Source: Selaginella moellendorffii
Lineage: Eukaryota > Plantae > Lycopodiophyta
Assembly (NCBI RefSeq): GCF_000143415.4
Contig: NW_003314275.1
Location: 687,955-751,954 of the forward strand
Length of the DNA stretch: 64,000 bases
Direction: 5' to 3'
Shown: one piece after another, positions 50,198 through 63,218 of the stretch
Layout of the letters: each line of letters opens with the position of its first letter
Position numbering within the stretch: the stretch's first letter is position 1
Position numbers and translations under genes: made by a program
The notes under the pieces: generated by a model
The model's input: only the letters and a program-made list of their open reading frames with translations
What the model was told of the DNA's origin: nothing
Databases searched by the model: none

Positions 50198-53100
50198 GGT
50201 TGTCCTTAATCCAAGAGTGGTGGAGCTTCATCAACCTAGTATATATAGGTTAGCCTTGTTTCATTTCTCCACAATCTAAATCAACTCCAATTTAAGGTTT
50301 CTTCTTCGTCTCCACTAACTTTTCTCTTTGTCTTCTGCATTTTTCAGTCTTGATCTTGTTGGGGGTCTTGACAATTTGATTCAAATTGTGCCTTTTACTT
50401 TTGCTTTAGCTCATTTTGATTGTTTGATTGCCTTTGCCTTTTTCCCCCTTTTCTTTCTTCTTTGTTGATAGAGTCTCCAAGCCATCATGATTTTTTTGCC
50501 AAAGTCCTTGCAAAAATCCAGCTTGAGAATACTGAGTTGAAGGCGACCCTTCTTCATATGCAACAAGAGCTTGTTTCACTTTCGGCTCAAGGATCAAGCA
50601 AAGTTCCTAAACCGAAGGTGAGTTTCCCGGTGAAGTTCTCAAGCAAGCATTCGGAGCTTCGCGGATTCCTGAACCAGATGGAGCTGATCTTCGCACTTCA
50701 ACATCAGCGGTACCCCACTCCCAAGTCTCAAATCGGTGCGATCGGGATGCTACTCGAAAGTGTAGCTTTGTCATGGTTTTCTGCTTTCCTTGAGAAGAGC
50801 ATGAAAGTGGTCATGGTTCCAGAGCTGATGGATTTTCAATTGTTCAAAGAGAAGCTTGAAGCATGTTTTGGCAAGACGGATCAAGTTCAAGCTGCCACCA
50901 CAAAGATGAGACATTTCTCTCAAGGGTCTCGTCTTGCCTCAATCTATGCTGCGGAGTTCCAACTCCTTGCCTTGGACACTCAGTGGGATGAGCGGGCCTT
51001 GATTGATCAATTTCGTTTTGGTCTCAACAATAGTGTCAAGGCTTTGTTGCTCACCATATAGAATCCCACGAACCTATCAGACGCCATCAACAAAGCTGTT
51101 CAATGTGACAATTATCTTTTTGAACATCATTAGGAAAGTTGCCACGCCACCATTTTTTCGTCCCAGACTCAAAAATCCTAACTTGAGTCTTTGGGGCATA
51201 CTCCTAAACCTATTGCTCTAGTCCCAATGGATATTTCTGGTACTCCCCAACTCATTAGAGGGAAGTTGAGTCCTGCTGAAAAGCAACATTGAGTATCTTA
51301 GAATCTTTGACTCTACTGTGCTGATTTTAATCACAAAGCAACTGTGTGTCCCAAGAAGCCTCCCCAACTGCTCGAGTTCACTCTACCTCAAGGTCCATCT
51401 CTGTTGCAGTCGGGAAATGACCCTGTCCAAATAGAGTAGGAGCTGTCTGTTTGGACTCCCGGAATAAATATCACTTTTCTTCTTTATCAAGCTCCTCACC
51501 TCCTTTCATCAAAGCCACCACCAATTCTTGCAACTTTCGCATCCCATGTCTCCTTTCTTTCACCGGACAATCAGGACTCAAGGCTCTAGCGCTACTGGAC
51601 TCAGGCGCAACTTCTTACTTCATGGACATGGACTTTGTTGCTTGACATCACGTTCCTCTTTCTCCTACTATACGGGATCTGAGGGTTGAATGCATTGGCA
51701 GGCATTTTGTGTTTCCATCTTCTGGACTTAAGGAAATGTTGCCCATTCAAGTACACATCGGGTCCATCATCACCAATCGCCTTCAACATCATCAACAGCA
51801 AGTCCTCCTCTGTGGTGCTCGGCCTTCTTTGGTTCCAACTGCGGCAGCCTCAGATCTATTGGAAGGAATTACAGCTCGTCTCTCCCACATCACCATCTCC
51901 CATGTCTTTCCTTGCTGTTCATCGAGTCCGAATCAGGAAAAGTTCCCTAAACTCAAATTGGGGTTTTGTTCCTGACTCTATGAAGTTTTCACCCTCTTTA
52001 CTCCCTATCCCTCAATCTTCTTTTCCCTCTCTTCCATCTTACACTAAACAGTGTAGTTGTACGCCTCCTCCTATCTCCACAATCACTATGAAAGACAAAG
52101 AACCTATTTTCCTTTTTGCTTTGCATGTTTCTCCTGTCAGTCTTCCTGAGAAGTATTATGATTTTGGGGATGTGTTTGACAAGAAAAAAGCTAGTGTACT
52201 ACATGTTCATCAGCCTTACAACTGTCCCATTGATTTACAGGAAAGAGCATCACCTCCATGGGGGCCTATCTACGGGTTATCCCCATCTGAGCTTAAGGCC
52301 CTCAAAGAGTACATGGATGAGAACCTTGCATCAGGGTTCATTTAACATTTGCAATCCCTGACTGGAGCGTCTATCTTCTTTGTCAAAAAGAAGGATGAGA
52401 GTTTGCGGCTAGTCAGTGACTACCGAGGTTTGAACCAGGTGATTGTTCGGAACCGTTATCCACTGCCCCTGATCTCAAACCTGTTGGAACACCTCGGCGG
52501 TGCCTGCTTCTTCACTAAGATCGACCTCCGTGGAGTATACAACCTGATCCGGATCTAGCCTGGCGATGAATGGAAGACTGTGTTCTAAACCTGCTATGGC
52601 CACTTTGAGTACATTGTCATGCCGTTTGGCTTGACAAATGCTTTAGTAGTTTTCCAACACATACCAAACAACATCTTTCGGGAGTTTCTTGATTAGATGG
52701 TGATTGTAGCGCATGTGATCATGGGATGAGATTTGGATATACTGTCACTGTGGATTCTTGGAACCTTGGGGGATAAATGGGGATAAAATAGCCACTAAGG
52801 GCTCTCTCATCAAGTAATTGCCCCTTTTCTAGTTGGCTTAAGGGGAGAGAGATAAGGTGCGTTACAGTTGGTATCGGAGCTAATGGCACGGGTTCGATTC
52901 CCATTGATTAGTGGCTACTTAAAAGTTTAATATACCCTTAAGCAAGGTATATTCCTACCCCTAAATTTGAAATCGTACGTATTAGGCATCCATGCGTATG
53001 TCCTTCCTCTTGTGTAGAGTATCCACGGACGAAGGTATCCACCGTGGGATTGCGGTACGGGTGGACGATTAGTTCTCACATGGAATAACTGGTCTACACA

Positions 53101-55625
53101 ATGGAAGGATTGGTAGATTGAGTGCGAAAATGGAGGTGCTGATTCCCCTTGGCTTAGTAGGGGTTATTAGTCAATAGTCAATGAGGACATTGACATTTCT
53201 GAAGGGGGGGTGAGTGTAGCGCATGTGATCACGGGATGAGATTTGGATATACTATCACCGTAGATCCTTGGAACCTTAGGGGATAAATGCGAAAATGGAG
53301 GTGCTGATTCCCCTTGGCTTAGTAAGGGTTATTAGTCAATAGTCAATGAGGACATTGACATTTCTGAAGGGGGGGTGAGTGTAGCGCATGTGATCATGGG
53401 ATGAGATTTGGATATACTATCACCGTAGATCCTTGGAACCTTGGGGGATAAATGGAGATAAAATAGCCACTAAGGGCTCTCTCATCAAGCAATTGCCCCT
53501 TTTCCAGTTGGCTTAAGGGGAGAGAGATAAGGTGCGCTACAGTGATCATCTACTTCGACGACATCCTCATTTACTCAAAAACTCACCGTGGATCCTTGGA
53601 ACCTTGGGGGATAAATGAAGATAAAATAGCCACTAAGGGCTCTTTCATCAAGCAATTGCCCCTTTTCCAGTTGGCTTAAGGGGAGAGAGATAAGGTGCAC
53701 TACAGTGATCATCTACCTCGACGACATCCTCATTTACTCAAAGACTGAGGAGGAGCATGACAAACATGTGCGCAAGGTGCTAGCGAAGCTATGGGAACAT
53801 GGCCTATACGATAAGCTTGAGAAATGTTCCTTCAATCATGAGTCTGTGGAGTTCCTTGGGTACATTGTCACTCATAAGGGTATCACGATGGATCCTGCCA
53901 AAGTCAAAACTATTTTCAAATGGGAACCTCTACAATCAATGTCGGATGTTCAAGTTTACCTTGGCTTCGCCAACTTCTACCACAAATTCATTGATCACTA
54001 CTCCGACATTGTCCTTCCTCTCACACATCTCACTCACAAGGATGTTCTCTTTTCTTGGTTTGCTGTTGCCCAGCAGGCCTTCGACACACTCAAGGCAGCC
54101 TTCAGTTCTACTCCTGTCTTAATCCATGCTGATCCCTCACAACCTTTCTTCATCGAGGTAGACGCCCTCGACATTGCCATCGGTGCTGTGCTATCTCAAC
54201 TCGGAGTGGATTAGGAATTTCATCTGGTCGCTTTCCATTCTCGGAAATTCTAGCCTGTAGAGATCAATTACGAAATCCACGACAAGGAGCTCCTTGCCAT
54301 CATGGATTCCTTTGGAGAGTGGTGTCATTTCTTGGAGGGGGTGAGCCATCAAATAACGATTTGGACGGATCACAAAAATCTTGAGTACTTTGCCACTTTC
54401 CGAGTTTTAGCCATCGTTAGGCAAAGTGGGCACAATTCCTGAGTCGGTTTGACTTTATTATCAAGTACAAACCTAGAAAGCTTCAGGGCCTTCTTGATGC
54501 TCTTTCAAGGCACTCCTATCTCAATCTCATGCCTGGTAATCCTGCCTTCGATTAACAGGATCAAGTTATCCTCAATCCTGATCGGCTTCAAGTTATGGCA
54601 AATTTCCTTGGCCCCTTAGAACTTCTCCTTAATAGACACGATTTTCAATCTGACAACCTCGCTAGCAACATTTTCCCCCATCTTCAGGCTGGACACCCAG
54701 TGACTCCTGATTGCCGATGATTTGATAAGTTCGAGTTCTTAGATGGCTTATTGTACCGTGGGGAGTAGCTTTAGGTTCCTGAAGGTGATGCTCGAAAGTT
54801 GGTCCTAATGGCATGCCATGATAACCTGACTGCTGGTCACTTCGGCATTGCAAAAACCTATGAGCTGGTTGCACAGGACTTTTGGTGGCCTCACATGAAC
54901 AACTACATCAAAGCTTTTGTTACCTCTTGTGACTCTTATGCCTGGAATAAGATACCTCGCCATCTTCCTTCAAGTTTGCTTCGTTCCCTCTCGGTCCCTT
55001 CAAGTCCTTGGGAATCCATCTCCATGGATTTCTTGAGTGATCTTTCGAGTTCTGAAGGCTTCAATAGCATTTTAGTTGTGGTGGATTGCTTCACAAAGAT
55101 GGTGCACTTCTTGCCGTGTACTAAGGAGTTTTTAGGCAAGAATATGGCAAAATTTGTATTCAAAGAAATTTTCCAACTTCATGGGATTCCTACAGATGTG
55201 GTTTCGAATCGGGGGCCTTAGTTCATCTCTCATTTCTGGCAACGGTTCTTGCAGCTGCTTGAAGTGAAAGCCAACCTCTCTTTAGCGTATCATCCTTAAA
55301 TTGATGGATAGTCCGAGCGAACGATTTAGATGTTGAAACCTTCATCAACTATCATCAAGATGACTGGTTCGATATCCTTCCCCTTGCTGAGTTTTCCTAT
55401 AACAACTCTGTTCACTCCTCCCCCTCCCTTTGAGTTTCCCCCTTCTTTGCAAACTCTAGCCGAAATCCTCAATTCAATCTCTCACTTCCTTCTCCATCCG
55501 AATCCTCTCGTTCAAATCCTTACTCTAAGGCATTTGTCTCCAACCTCCAAGAAATCCACAACTTCATCTCCTTCCACCTCCATCATGCTCAGAAATCTCA
55601 CAAAACATTCACAAATGTCCATCAT
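50198..55625 (+). mobile_element. Ty3/gypsy element D (chromovirus Tf1/sushi/Tcn1-like gag), decayed and 3'-truncated
   Basis: LTR end ~50373; gag PKVSFPVKFSS..ELRGFL..ALSWF..QGSRLASIYAAEF; protease ALLDSGAT; [24 protein letters not shown]; RNase H; integrase CHDNLTAGHFG..PWESISMDF; no 3' LTR seen. Confidence 0.9.
52705..53541 (+). mobile_element. TRIM family 2, copy 2, with internal tandem duplication, inserted just before the RT YxDD of gypsy D
   Basis: LTR 52705-52866, PBS tggtatcggagc, partial LTR 53215-53289, full LTR 53380-53541, TSD GTGAT; an extra partial LTR at 53584-53704. Confidence 0.92.
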
Positions 55626-56599
55626 TAAGATTGTTCCCCTTATAATATCGTTAGAATGTATTATACTCATCATGTTTATATTAATGACTACTCTTGGGCA
55701 ACATACAATCAAAATTTAAAGTGAAACATTGTAAAAACATTTAATTTATGATATTACTAGTAGTGTATGCTTTATTTAAGGAAACATTTTCCAGATTAAT
55801 ATTAATTAACTAGCTAATTAAACATGATTAAGGTAATATAAATATAAAAATTAGAAAAGTGATTAAAATACTAAATGAGACCTCCAAATGGTCTCACTTT
55901 AAAGAAAATGGTCTTCCCTAGAAGTGGTTTGTATCTCCACAATACATGCAAAGGTAATTTTTAATCTAACATTGTCATTTAGTATCTGAAAAATGTCATT
56001 GATGTATGGCTCCAATCTTCATTGGAATTATGCTATACTCGTGTATTGGTTGCTTAAAGACTAAAGCCATTAGATAGAGAACTATGCTCTAATCGACATT
56101 TTTGCAAGATTAATAGCAATCATGAGTGATATTAGATCTGTGTGAAATCTATATTATTATAGAGGTCAAGCCAAAATTGTTCCTTAAAAACTATATCATC
56201 CCATGAAATATTAATTAAAACTCAAATGTATAAGCAAATGTAGATTTGAAGCTTTAGCATAATTGTTACAACTTATTGTTAGGAGTTTGTCATTGAGAGG
56301 AGAGGAAATAAACTACTAAGATAAAGATAAAAACAAAAGAGAAGAAAAGACAAAACAATGGAGAAAAAATAATTTATGTTAAACACTTTGAATACAAAAT
56401 CCTAGAAACCCTCATTATATAATGTTTCAAGAAATTAATCTGGGTATAGGTCCATACTAATCTTGAATGCCCATTTATTGTAGACTCTAGGTTGATCATA
56501 TTCTCTAAGTTGATTATAATTTTTAGGCCTATTTTCCTTATGGCTAGGTGGATAATCTTGAAAATTACCCTTAGGCAATAGTCATCATACTTTTCAGTG

Positions 56600-57500
56600 C
56601 GTGGGTATTCATGTTTGGTGCTTCCATTATCATTGTAATCGTTCCTTATATGATAACTTCTATCATCAAATAAATAGCTTTGCTACATGTTATTTTATCA
56701 ACATAGGCTACATATTGGCCTTTTGATTGTTTAAAAAAGGTTTACACTTTTTAGCTAAATGCCCTTCTTTTTTACAAATTTAACACTTGATCAGCTAGAG
56801 TTTGCATTCTTCCTTACTATGGCTTTCATTTTTGCATCTGGTATACCAAATCCTTTGTTTAAAATTAGTTTGCAATTTGAAGCTTCTTAGATGATTAGTT
56901 TCCTTGTCAATAGAAGTCGTCTTTTTGTCTGACTTCACTATATTTACCATGTTATATTATTTTGTAAAACCTTGGTAGACAATCATAGCTTTTTTCAAGT
57001 CATCAGTCTATATAAGCTCTCTTTATCAGATGTTCACAATAAATTTTCTTGATGTCTTGTATATATAGGCATAGGCGCATTTTGTCTAACATGAAGTCTT
57101 TATAATGTTTATAACATTTGTTGAATTGAGGTGTATATTCCTCAATTGTCTCAAACTTTCCTTGATGAAGCTTTTGCAATTCATTATAGTTTTTTCCTGA
57201 GTTTGTTTCTATGAAGAAAGCTTTAAGAAAAAGCTTTATTTACTTATTAATGTGCCAAGCTTTTTGACATTATTGTTATAGTACCAATTTTTTGCTTTGT
57301 TTTTTAGCGTATAGAGAAAGAGATTCTTTTTCTACCCATCTACTTGCTTGAACCTAATTACTTTTATATATTGCTTAATATGTAGTTGTGGGTCCTCTCT
57401 TTTAATTCTAGAAAATGATGGATATGTGATGATGGTGCTTATTGATATTTCTGCAATTGCCATCGTGTTTATCGTAATTTGATAGGAAATGCTCTATTTT
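56600..57500 (-). pseudogene. Ancient retrotransposon gag remnant
   Basis: Minus-strand pieces QASRWVEK and LQKLHQGKFETIEEYTPQF resemble gypsy gag motifs; heavily decayed and AT-rich. Confidence 0.45.
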
Positions 57501-57989
57501 GCAATTAGTATAAGCAAAACAGGTGTTTGGTTCATAGAGAAACCTGGATTACCATTAGAGGAGAAGTGCTGTAAATTTAGTTGTTCTTCTTTTTGTAGGG
57601 AATCACTTTAATTGTTTTGTATTCCACTACTTTTAGTTGAAACAAAGATGTTTTCTATGTGCCAATGCTGCCAAAGAAGAGTAGTATATGGATTCACATA
57701 TTTTGGATGACCATCAAAGTCATATTGGGATTTTTGATCTCTTCTTCATTGAGGTGTATCTAATATGTTTTTAACTCACTCTCTTTTAAGTTTTTCTTTA
57801 GCTTGATTGAACAATGATTTAGTTTGTTCTAAAGAAAGGTTAAAATCAAGGATATCATAAGCAAGTGTTTTATAATTTTATTTTAAATCTTGTGAATACT
57901 TCTTTTCAAACTATCATCCACTCATTAGATTATGAAGGAAATGTTATATATCTATTATTTTGTTTGGTATAAATAGTGACAATTTTATG

Positions 57990-58547
57990 CATAGAGACCG
58001 AAAACTCGTAAATGTCTCAAGTTGACTTGCTTCCCAGTCCAAAGACGATAAGGAATATCTACAAGAGGCTGGGTAGGTATTCTGATTGCAAATATATATG
58101 GCTGTATTAATTGCCTCTGCCCAAAATGATAGTGGCATTCCTACGTGAATAAGCATGCTATGTGCACTCTCCATAAGAGTCCGGTTCATTCTTTCAACAA
58201 CTCCATTTTGAGTAGGACTATCTAGAGCTGTAAACTGCTACTGGATACCACTCTTATTGCATAGCTTCATTAAATTTTGTGACTTGTACTCGCCACCTCT
58301 GTCACTGTGTAAAGTCTTGAGCTGCTTGCCAATAAGATTTTCAGTGTAGCCTTGCTGCTTGCTGCATGAGATCATCGTTTGCTCTGATACCATGTTAGTT
58401 TTCTAGTTAAACGACATTCTCTGTTTGCCCTAACTACCACTTTTTCATTTTCTCTATACCAGTCTTGTGTCCGCTCAGTGCCACATGAATCTCTTGCCAC
58501 CTTGGATTAGACTCCAGGCTGGCTATCTACACTGATGCGTCTCAACA
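57990..58547 (-). mobile_element. Ty1/copia remnant (LTR, PBS, integrase core)
   Basis: KTLHSDRGGEY..PTQNGVVERMNRTLMESAHSML..FWAEAINTAIY; PBS tggtatcagagc 58381-58392; probable LTR 58393-58547. Confidence 0.85.
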
Positions 58548-58590
58548 GCGAGCCTCTCCCGATGGTTTATCTCTTGCACGAGATGCAGAG

Positions 58591-59245
58591 ATGAGGTAGG
58601 GGACTTCAAAAAGAGTCTCGCATTTGCCTGTCGACCCAGGAAAAGTTTGTGAGTTTTGTGGAGAGATACAACCACCAGCAGACCAAGGAGACCGAGACTG
58701 CCCGTGACACTGCAACTTCAAAGCCAGAGGACGTTATGCTCAGGCACGAGCTCGAGTCCCGAAGGCCAGGGACGAAGAAGAGAGTTCTACCTCAGACAGA
58801 GCAGAGGCACGACTGGACGAGCTAGTGGCAAGACTGGACAAAAGGCTGGATGAAAACAGTCAGGCAGCAGCGACTGGACTGGAAGAAATTCCTCGGCCGT
58901 GGACAGAGGACACGGAGCTGCTGGTGCTCACGCCAGAGGGGATCGGCTTGGAAGTCTTGGAAGTGACGAGCCCGGGGTGTTCTTTTGACGAGCCCGGGGT
59001 GTTCTTCTTCTGGTGTTCTTTTGACATAACTACTCAGACAAATGTTTTGCAACTTTGTAAATGTATTCATTTCTTTTCAAGGAAACCACAGAGTGCTTTG
59101 TGTAGATCGTCTCGTTTTGCCACTGCCAAAGCGTACACTTCCATCTACCCCTGGAACGTTGTTTTATGGCATGGCGTTGCAAAAACAAAAGGAAGTTAGA
59201 GAAACCTTAAAGAAAACTAAAGAGAACATAGACCTGGAAGGTTGA
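58591..59245 (+). CDS. Possible small spliced hypothetical gene or fragment
   Basis: GC-rich coding-like stretch (..AEARLDELVARLDKRLDENSQAA..VLEVTSPG), T-rich intron-like gap, then GNHRVLCVDRLV..ENIDLEG*. Start uncertain. Confidence 0.3.
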
Positions 59246-61179
59246 AGCCCCGGGCGTTGTCTAGTTCGTTGAACAACAAACATCCTAGTTAGAACAAACA
59301 GTATACGAGTAGATTCAGGCATCTTTTCTTGTAAATTCAATCATTGTTTTCATTGAGGTTGGACCATTGTCATGTATGTCTTCAGCTGGATTGAAGATCG
59401 CAGGTGCCCAACGTTGTTTCTCAGCTCCCAGGTCTTTGCGTTGAGCGCAGCAAGAATATAACTCAAAGTGCTGACAATCTCTCCAAAACGTTGACACAAA
59501 ATCTCTCCAATCTAGTAGCATTTTTCTTCTTGGCACACGCTGTGACATGGCGTTTTTCTTATCGTCGTTGACAGCACCAGCATATCACTTGGCTTCTTCA
59601 TGACAAGAAATTAGAACAAATCGAAACACGCGCAAACCTGGCAATGTGAAACTCAACTTCCAATGATTATTAGTTTTGTTCGTATTCACATAGTTTCGTC
59701 CACGTCGGTGAGTTTCCTTTCACATTAAGAATTCCTTGGCCCGTTGTTTTGCGCTTTGCTTGTTTGAGTTGTTTGAGCATATCATCTTAGCTTGACTGTG
59801 TCACTGGTTCCCTTTTGCGTTGCAATCGAAAAGAAAGAGCGTGGTGTCTTCAAACGTTGAGAGTTTTAACACAAATTCTTGATCACCTCTAGCCTTTCTT
59901 TTATCGTTGGTTATACCTCTTAGCTCGTTGCTTCGCTTTCTTGTCCCCAGCAAATCTCTGTCTTAGTCACTTCAAAGAAAACCCTACCTAAATGAACTTA
60001 CCGGTGTGAAGCAGCTTACCTGGACCACAACCCCAACCCGCCAACCCTTCATCAACGATGAACCCTAAACTTGGGCTAAGCACCACTATGTTTAGTCCAA
60101 AACAAAGCATCTTACGAGCTACTTAATTACTCTTCGCTAGTCCTGCTGATTGGACAGCCTGCTGGATGGCTCTTCTGTGCTGCTATTGCATGCCTGCACA
60201 GTAAGCTTTTGGATCTCAATTGGCGACAAAACCTCATAAACAAAATTACACCTTTATTTAATGTTTTAAGAAGTTTTTGGTTTTTCTCCTCAACTTCTCA
60301 ATGAGCTTATTGACAACATCTTAAACCACAATAATCATTTGTTGAAACCATTATGGCATCTATAATGCCTGTTGTGTTAGATATAATTGAATCTTGTTTT
60401 TGTGTTTTTTGGGATCTTTTGATGAATGTATATTTTTGCTTTTTTTTTCTTAAGGCAGTTGGAGGTGTTGTCATTCTGGAAGGATAAATATGTTTTCAAA
60501 AATAACATCTGACAATCTTTAACAAACAAGAGGACCCGGCTGAATATTGTTAAAAAGTTGGCTAGTAGATATTAATATTCCAAGGTGATCCCAACCAAAT
60601 GCTATATTGTGCAAAAAATCTTTTAAATCAACAATAATAACCAACTTGTCAGCAATAATAACTTGATTATTTTCCACTAACTTCACAATAGCACCAAATC
60701 AGATGGATTAATTATTTATATCTACAATAAAAATTATGGTTATTTTTATTGCATCATTTTATGTAAAACTTAGAGATCCACCATCATCAGAACTAGAAGA
60801 ATAACCTTTTTCCCTAAATTGATATTGCATTTAAACAAAAAGTACTCCAATAAATAACTTACCCTGACATTACTATTATAGACTTAAAGTATACAAACTA
60901 AAGCATTTTCATGTCCCAAAGGAACACAATGGTAAATGTGTTGCTCATTAAAATATTTGATCCTTTTGATACTTATGAGAGATTGTGTGGTATTTTGTAT
61001 ATGGACTATATTACCTTCATGAAATTGAAACAAAAAACAAAAATCAAGATCAAATTTAAATCATATATAAAACTAGTTCAAATAATATGGAATAACATAA
61101 AAATACTAAGGAATAAAAAATTCACATACAAAAAATAAAAAAATAAAAAATATATATAAAATACATATTAAAATTTGAC

Positions 61180-62410
61180 CTTAATATGAGGCCACAAAAG
61201 CAAGCTTAATCACAAGGACAAAAGAGATTACAAATAGAGATTGTGCAATTTAAAAATAATGATGAAAAAACAAGCTAAAAAATAACTTAAAAATGAGCTT
61301 GACACAAGGACATTTACAAAAGACATTTTCACAAAATAACTCTAGAAAAAGTTTAATACGATGCCACATGCTTAGCAAAAAATATTTTTATATTATGCCT
61401 CCAGAAAGCAAGGGCACATGCTAAGCTAAAAATATTTTTACAGACTGACCTAAGAAAAAGCTTAGTGCAAGGCCACATGCTAAGCTAAAAACATTTTTAT
61501 AGATTGACCCTAGAAAAAACTTAGTATGAGGCCTCATGCTAAGCAAAAAACAATTTCACAAATTAACTCCAAAAAAAACTCAACACAAGGCAATATGCTA
61601 AAAAAACATGTTTTCTCATATTTACTCTAGATAGTGCAAAGCCACACACTAATCAAAAAATGTTTCCATAGATTAACTCAAAAAAAACTTAGCACAAGGT
61701 CACTCGCTAAGCAAAAAGTATCTTACCATAACAATTGTAAATGCAATGAACTTGGCGTGAGGTCACATATTAAGAAAAAATTGTTTTATCAAACAACTCC
61801 AAAAAGAATTTGGCATAAGGCCACACGTTAAATAAAAAAAATCCAGTAAACATGAAAAAAAAATATTCTAAAAAACGAGCTAAGCTAAGCGTGAAGTTAC
61901 ACACCAAGAAATAAAAAGCAAAAGTATTTAATTAAGGCTTACCATTGCAAAATAATGTTGACATGGCTGAAATGTTATATTCAAACCAAACTAGAAAGCT
62001 TTAAAAAACCTAAATTAAAGCCTAATGTCCATTGAAGTTGTGTAATATTGACAAGTGAAATAATCTAGTACAAAGAGGGAACTTTAAAAGTTATTTATGA
62101 CAAATCAAACAACACAAATAATGTAGTACAAGGAGCACAATGCAAAAGATATATTTTTCTGACAAATGGAAAAAAAAGAGATAAAATGGATAAACAAGAG
62201 AAAAAAGAGTAAAATTGCTATTTATAAAAGACATAAGAGGAAACTACAACAATTTTTTCTGAGATAAAATAAAGAATAAAAAATTTTAACAACTAAAAAA
62301 TATTGTGCAACATTGTAAAATTTTTACATCTAAAAAGCATATTATATTATAAAACTAAAAATATTTTCATCTTGCATGTTCAACGCTTTAGCGTGTGATG
62401 TCACATTAAA
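61180..62410. repeat. Second array of the 22-bp palindromic motif, ~58-60 bp period
   Basis: ttagtatgaggcctcatgctaa at 61521; decayed copies near 61181, 61350, 61405, 61461, 61581, 61632, 61689, 61752, 61810, 61887 and 62388. Confidence 0.8.
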
Positions 62411-63109
62411 GAATTTTCAAGTGCAGAATATTCCCACACGTGTCAGTGAGAGATTTAGGGCTAAGGTTATCATTTTTTTGAGTTTCAACAATGGGTGGCA
62501 GCAGACATAAAAGATAGAGCTCACAGCTTGATAGATCGAGTTCCGATATAGGTTTGGTCAAGCATGTCTCACGTAGGGAGGAAGTAGGCCAGAAAAATCC
62601 ATCCCCACCTCCTTTTGAGACTGTTTGTCGATAAGTTCGTCTGCCTGATTTGCAATCATATACCTCTCTTTCCTATTCGGCCTTCTTGTGTTCTTGATCC
62701 GATCCTGCAGCACGATCTTGATCGCGATCTCTTTCTGCACAAGAATTTCCTTCTGTATGAGCTAAAGTAATAAGCTTTAAAACATCCTTTCAGATTCCAG
62801 ATTTCTCAGCTTGATTTTAAACTCGATTTTGGAAGAAAGCAGATGATTTCGTTAGGGTGATGGTCAAACAAGGAAGGAACCTGCTCTATAAACCTCCCCC
62901 TCCCCCCCGGCTTGAAATTCTCGAATGTTTCAAGAATAAAAGAGCAAACACATCTCTTTGGTGATGTAAATCAAGGGCTTTGGAAATTAATGAAGAAGCT
63001 CTGCCCCTTTTGGTACTTATGCCTGGGTGCTAACAGATGTATTATTATTCTCAGATATACTGGAATGCTGTGTAATATGCTCTACGTCTCCACCTCTTCA
63101 TATAAAACT

Positions 63110-63218
63110 ACCTTCGACACCTAGACTTTGCTCGGCGGCAGCAGGGGCCATTTCTTCATCGTATTCTTCTCTGATGTGGATTTGTAGAATGCGTGAGAGA
63201 TAGATGTGGAAGAAAAAC
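63110..63218 (-). pseudogene. URI1-derived intron 3 / exon 4 fragment
   Basis: Reverse complement tctatctctcacgcattctacaaatccacatcagagaagaatacgatgaagaaa...gagcaaagtctag matches 5675-5790 with a ~27-bp deletion. Confidence 0.85.

Noticed and set aside
59315-60060. Spliced minus-strand gene with faint similarity to 230-265 and 3940-4000
   Set aside because: Matches are only 10-20 nt and the exon chain contains stops; needs real alignment.
62430-62450. CACTA/CACTG terminal inverted repeat (..tgtcagtg)
   Set aside because: No matching left terminus or 3-bp TSD found near the left array.
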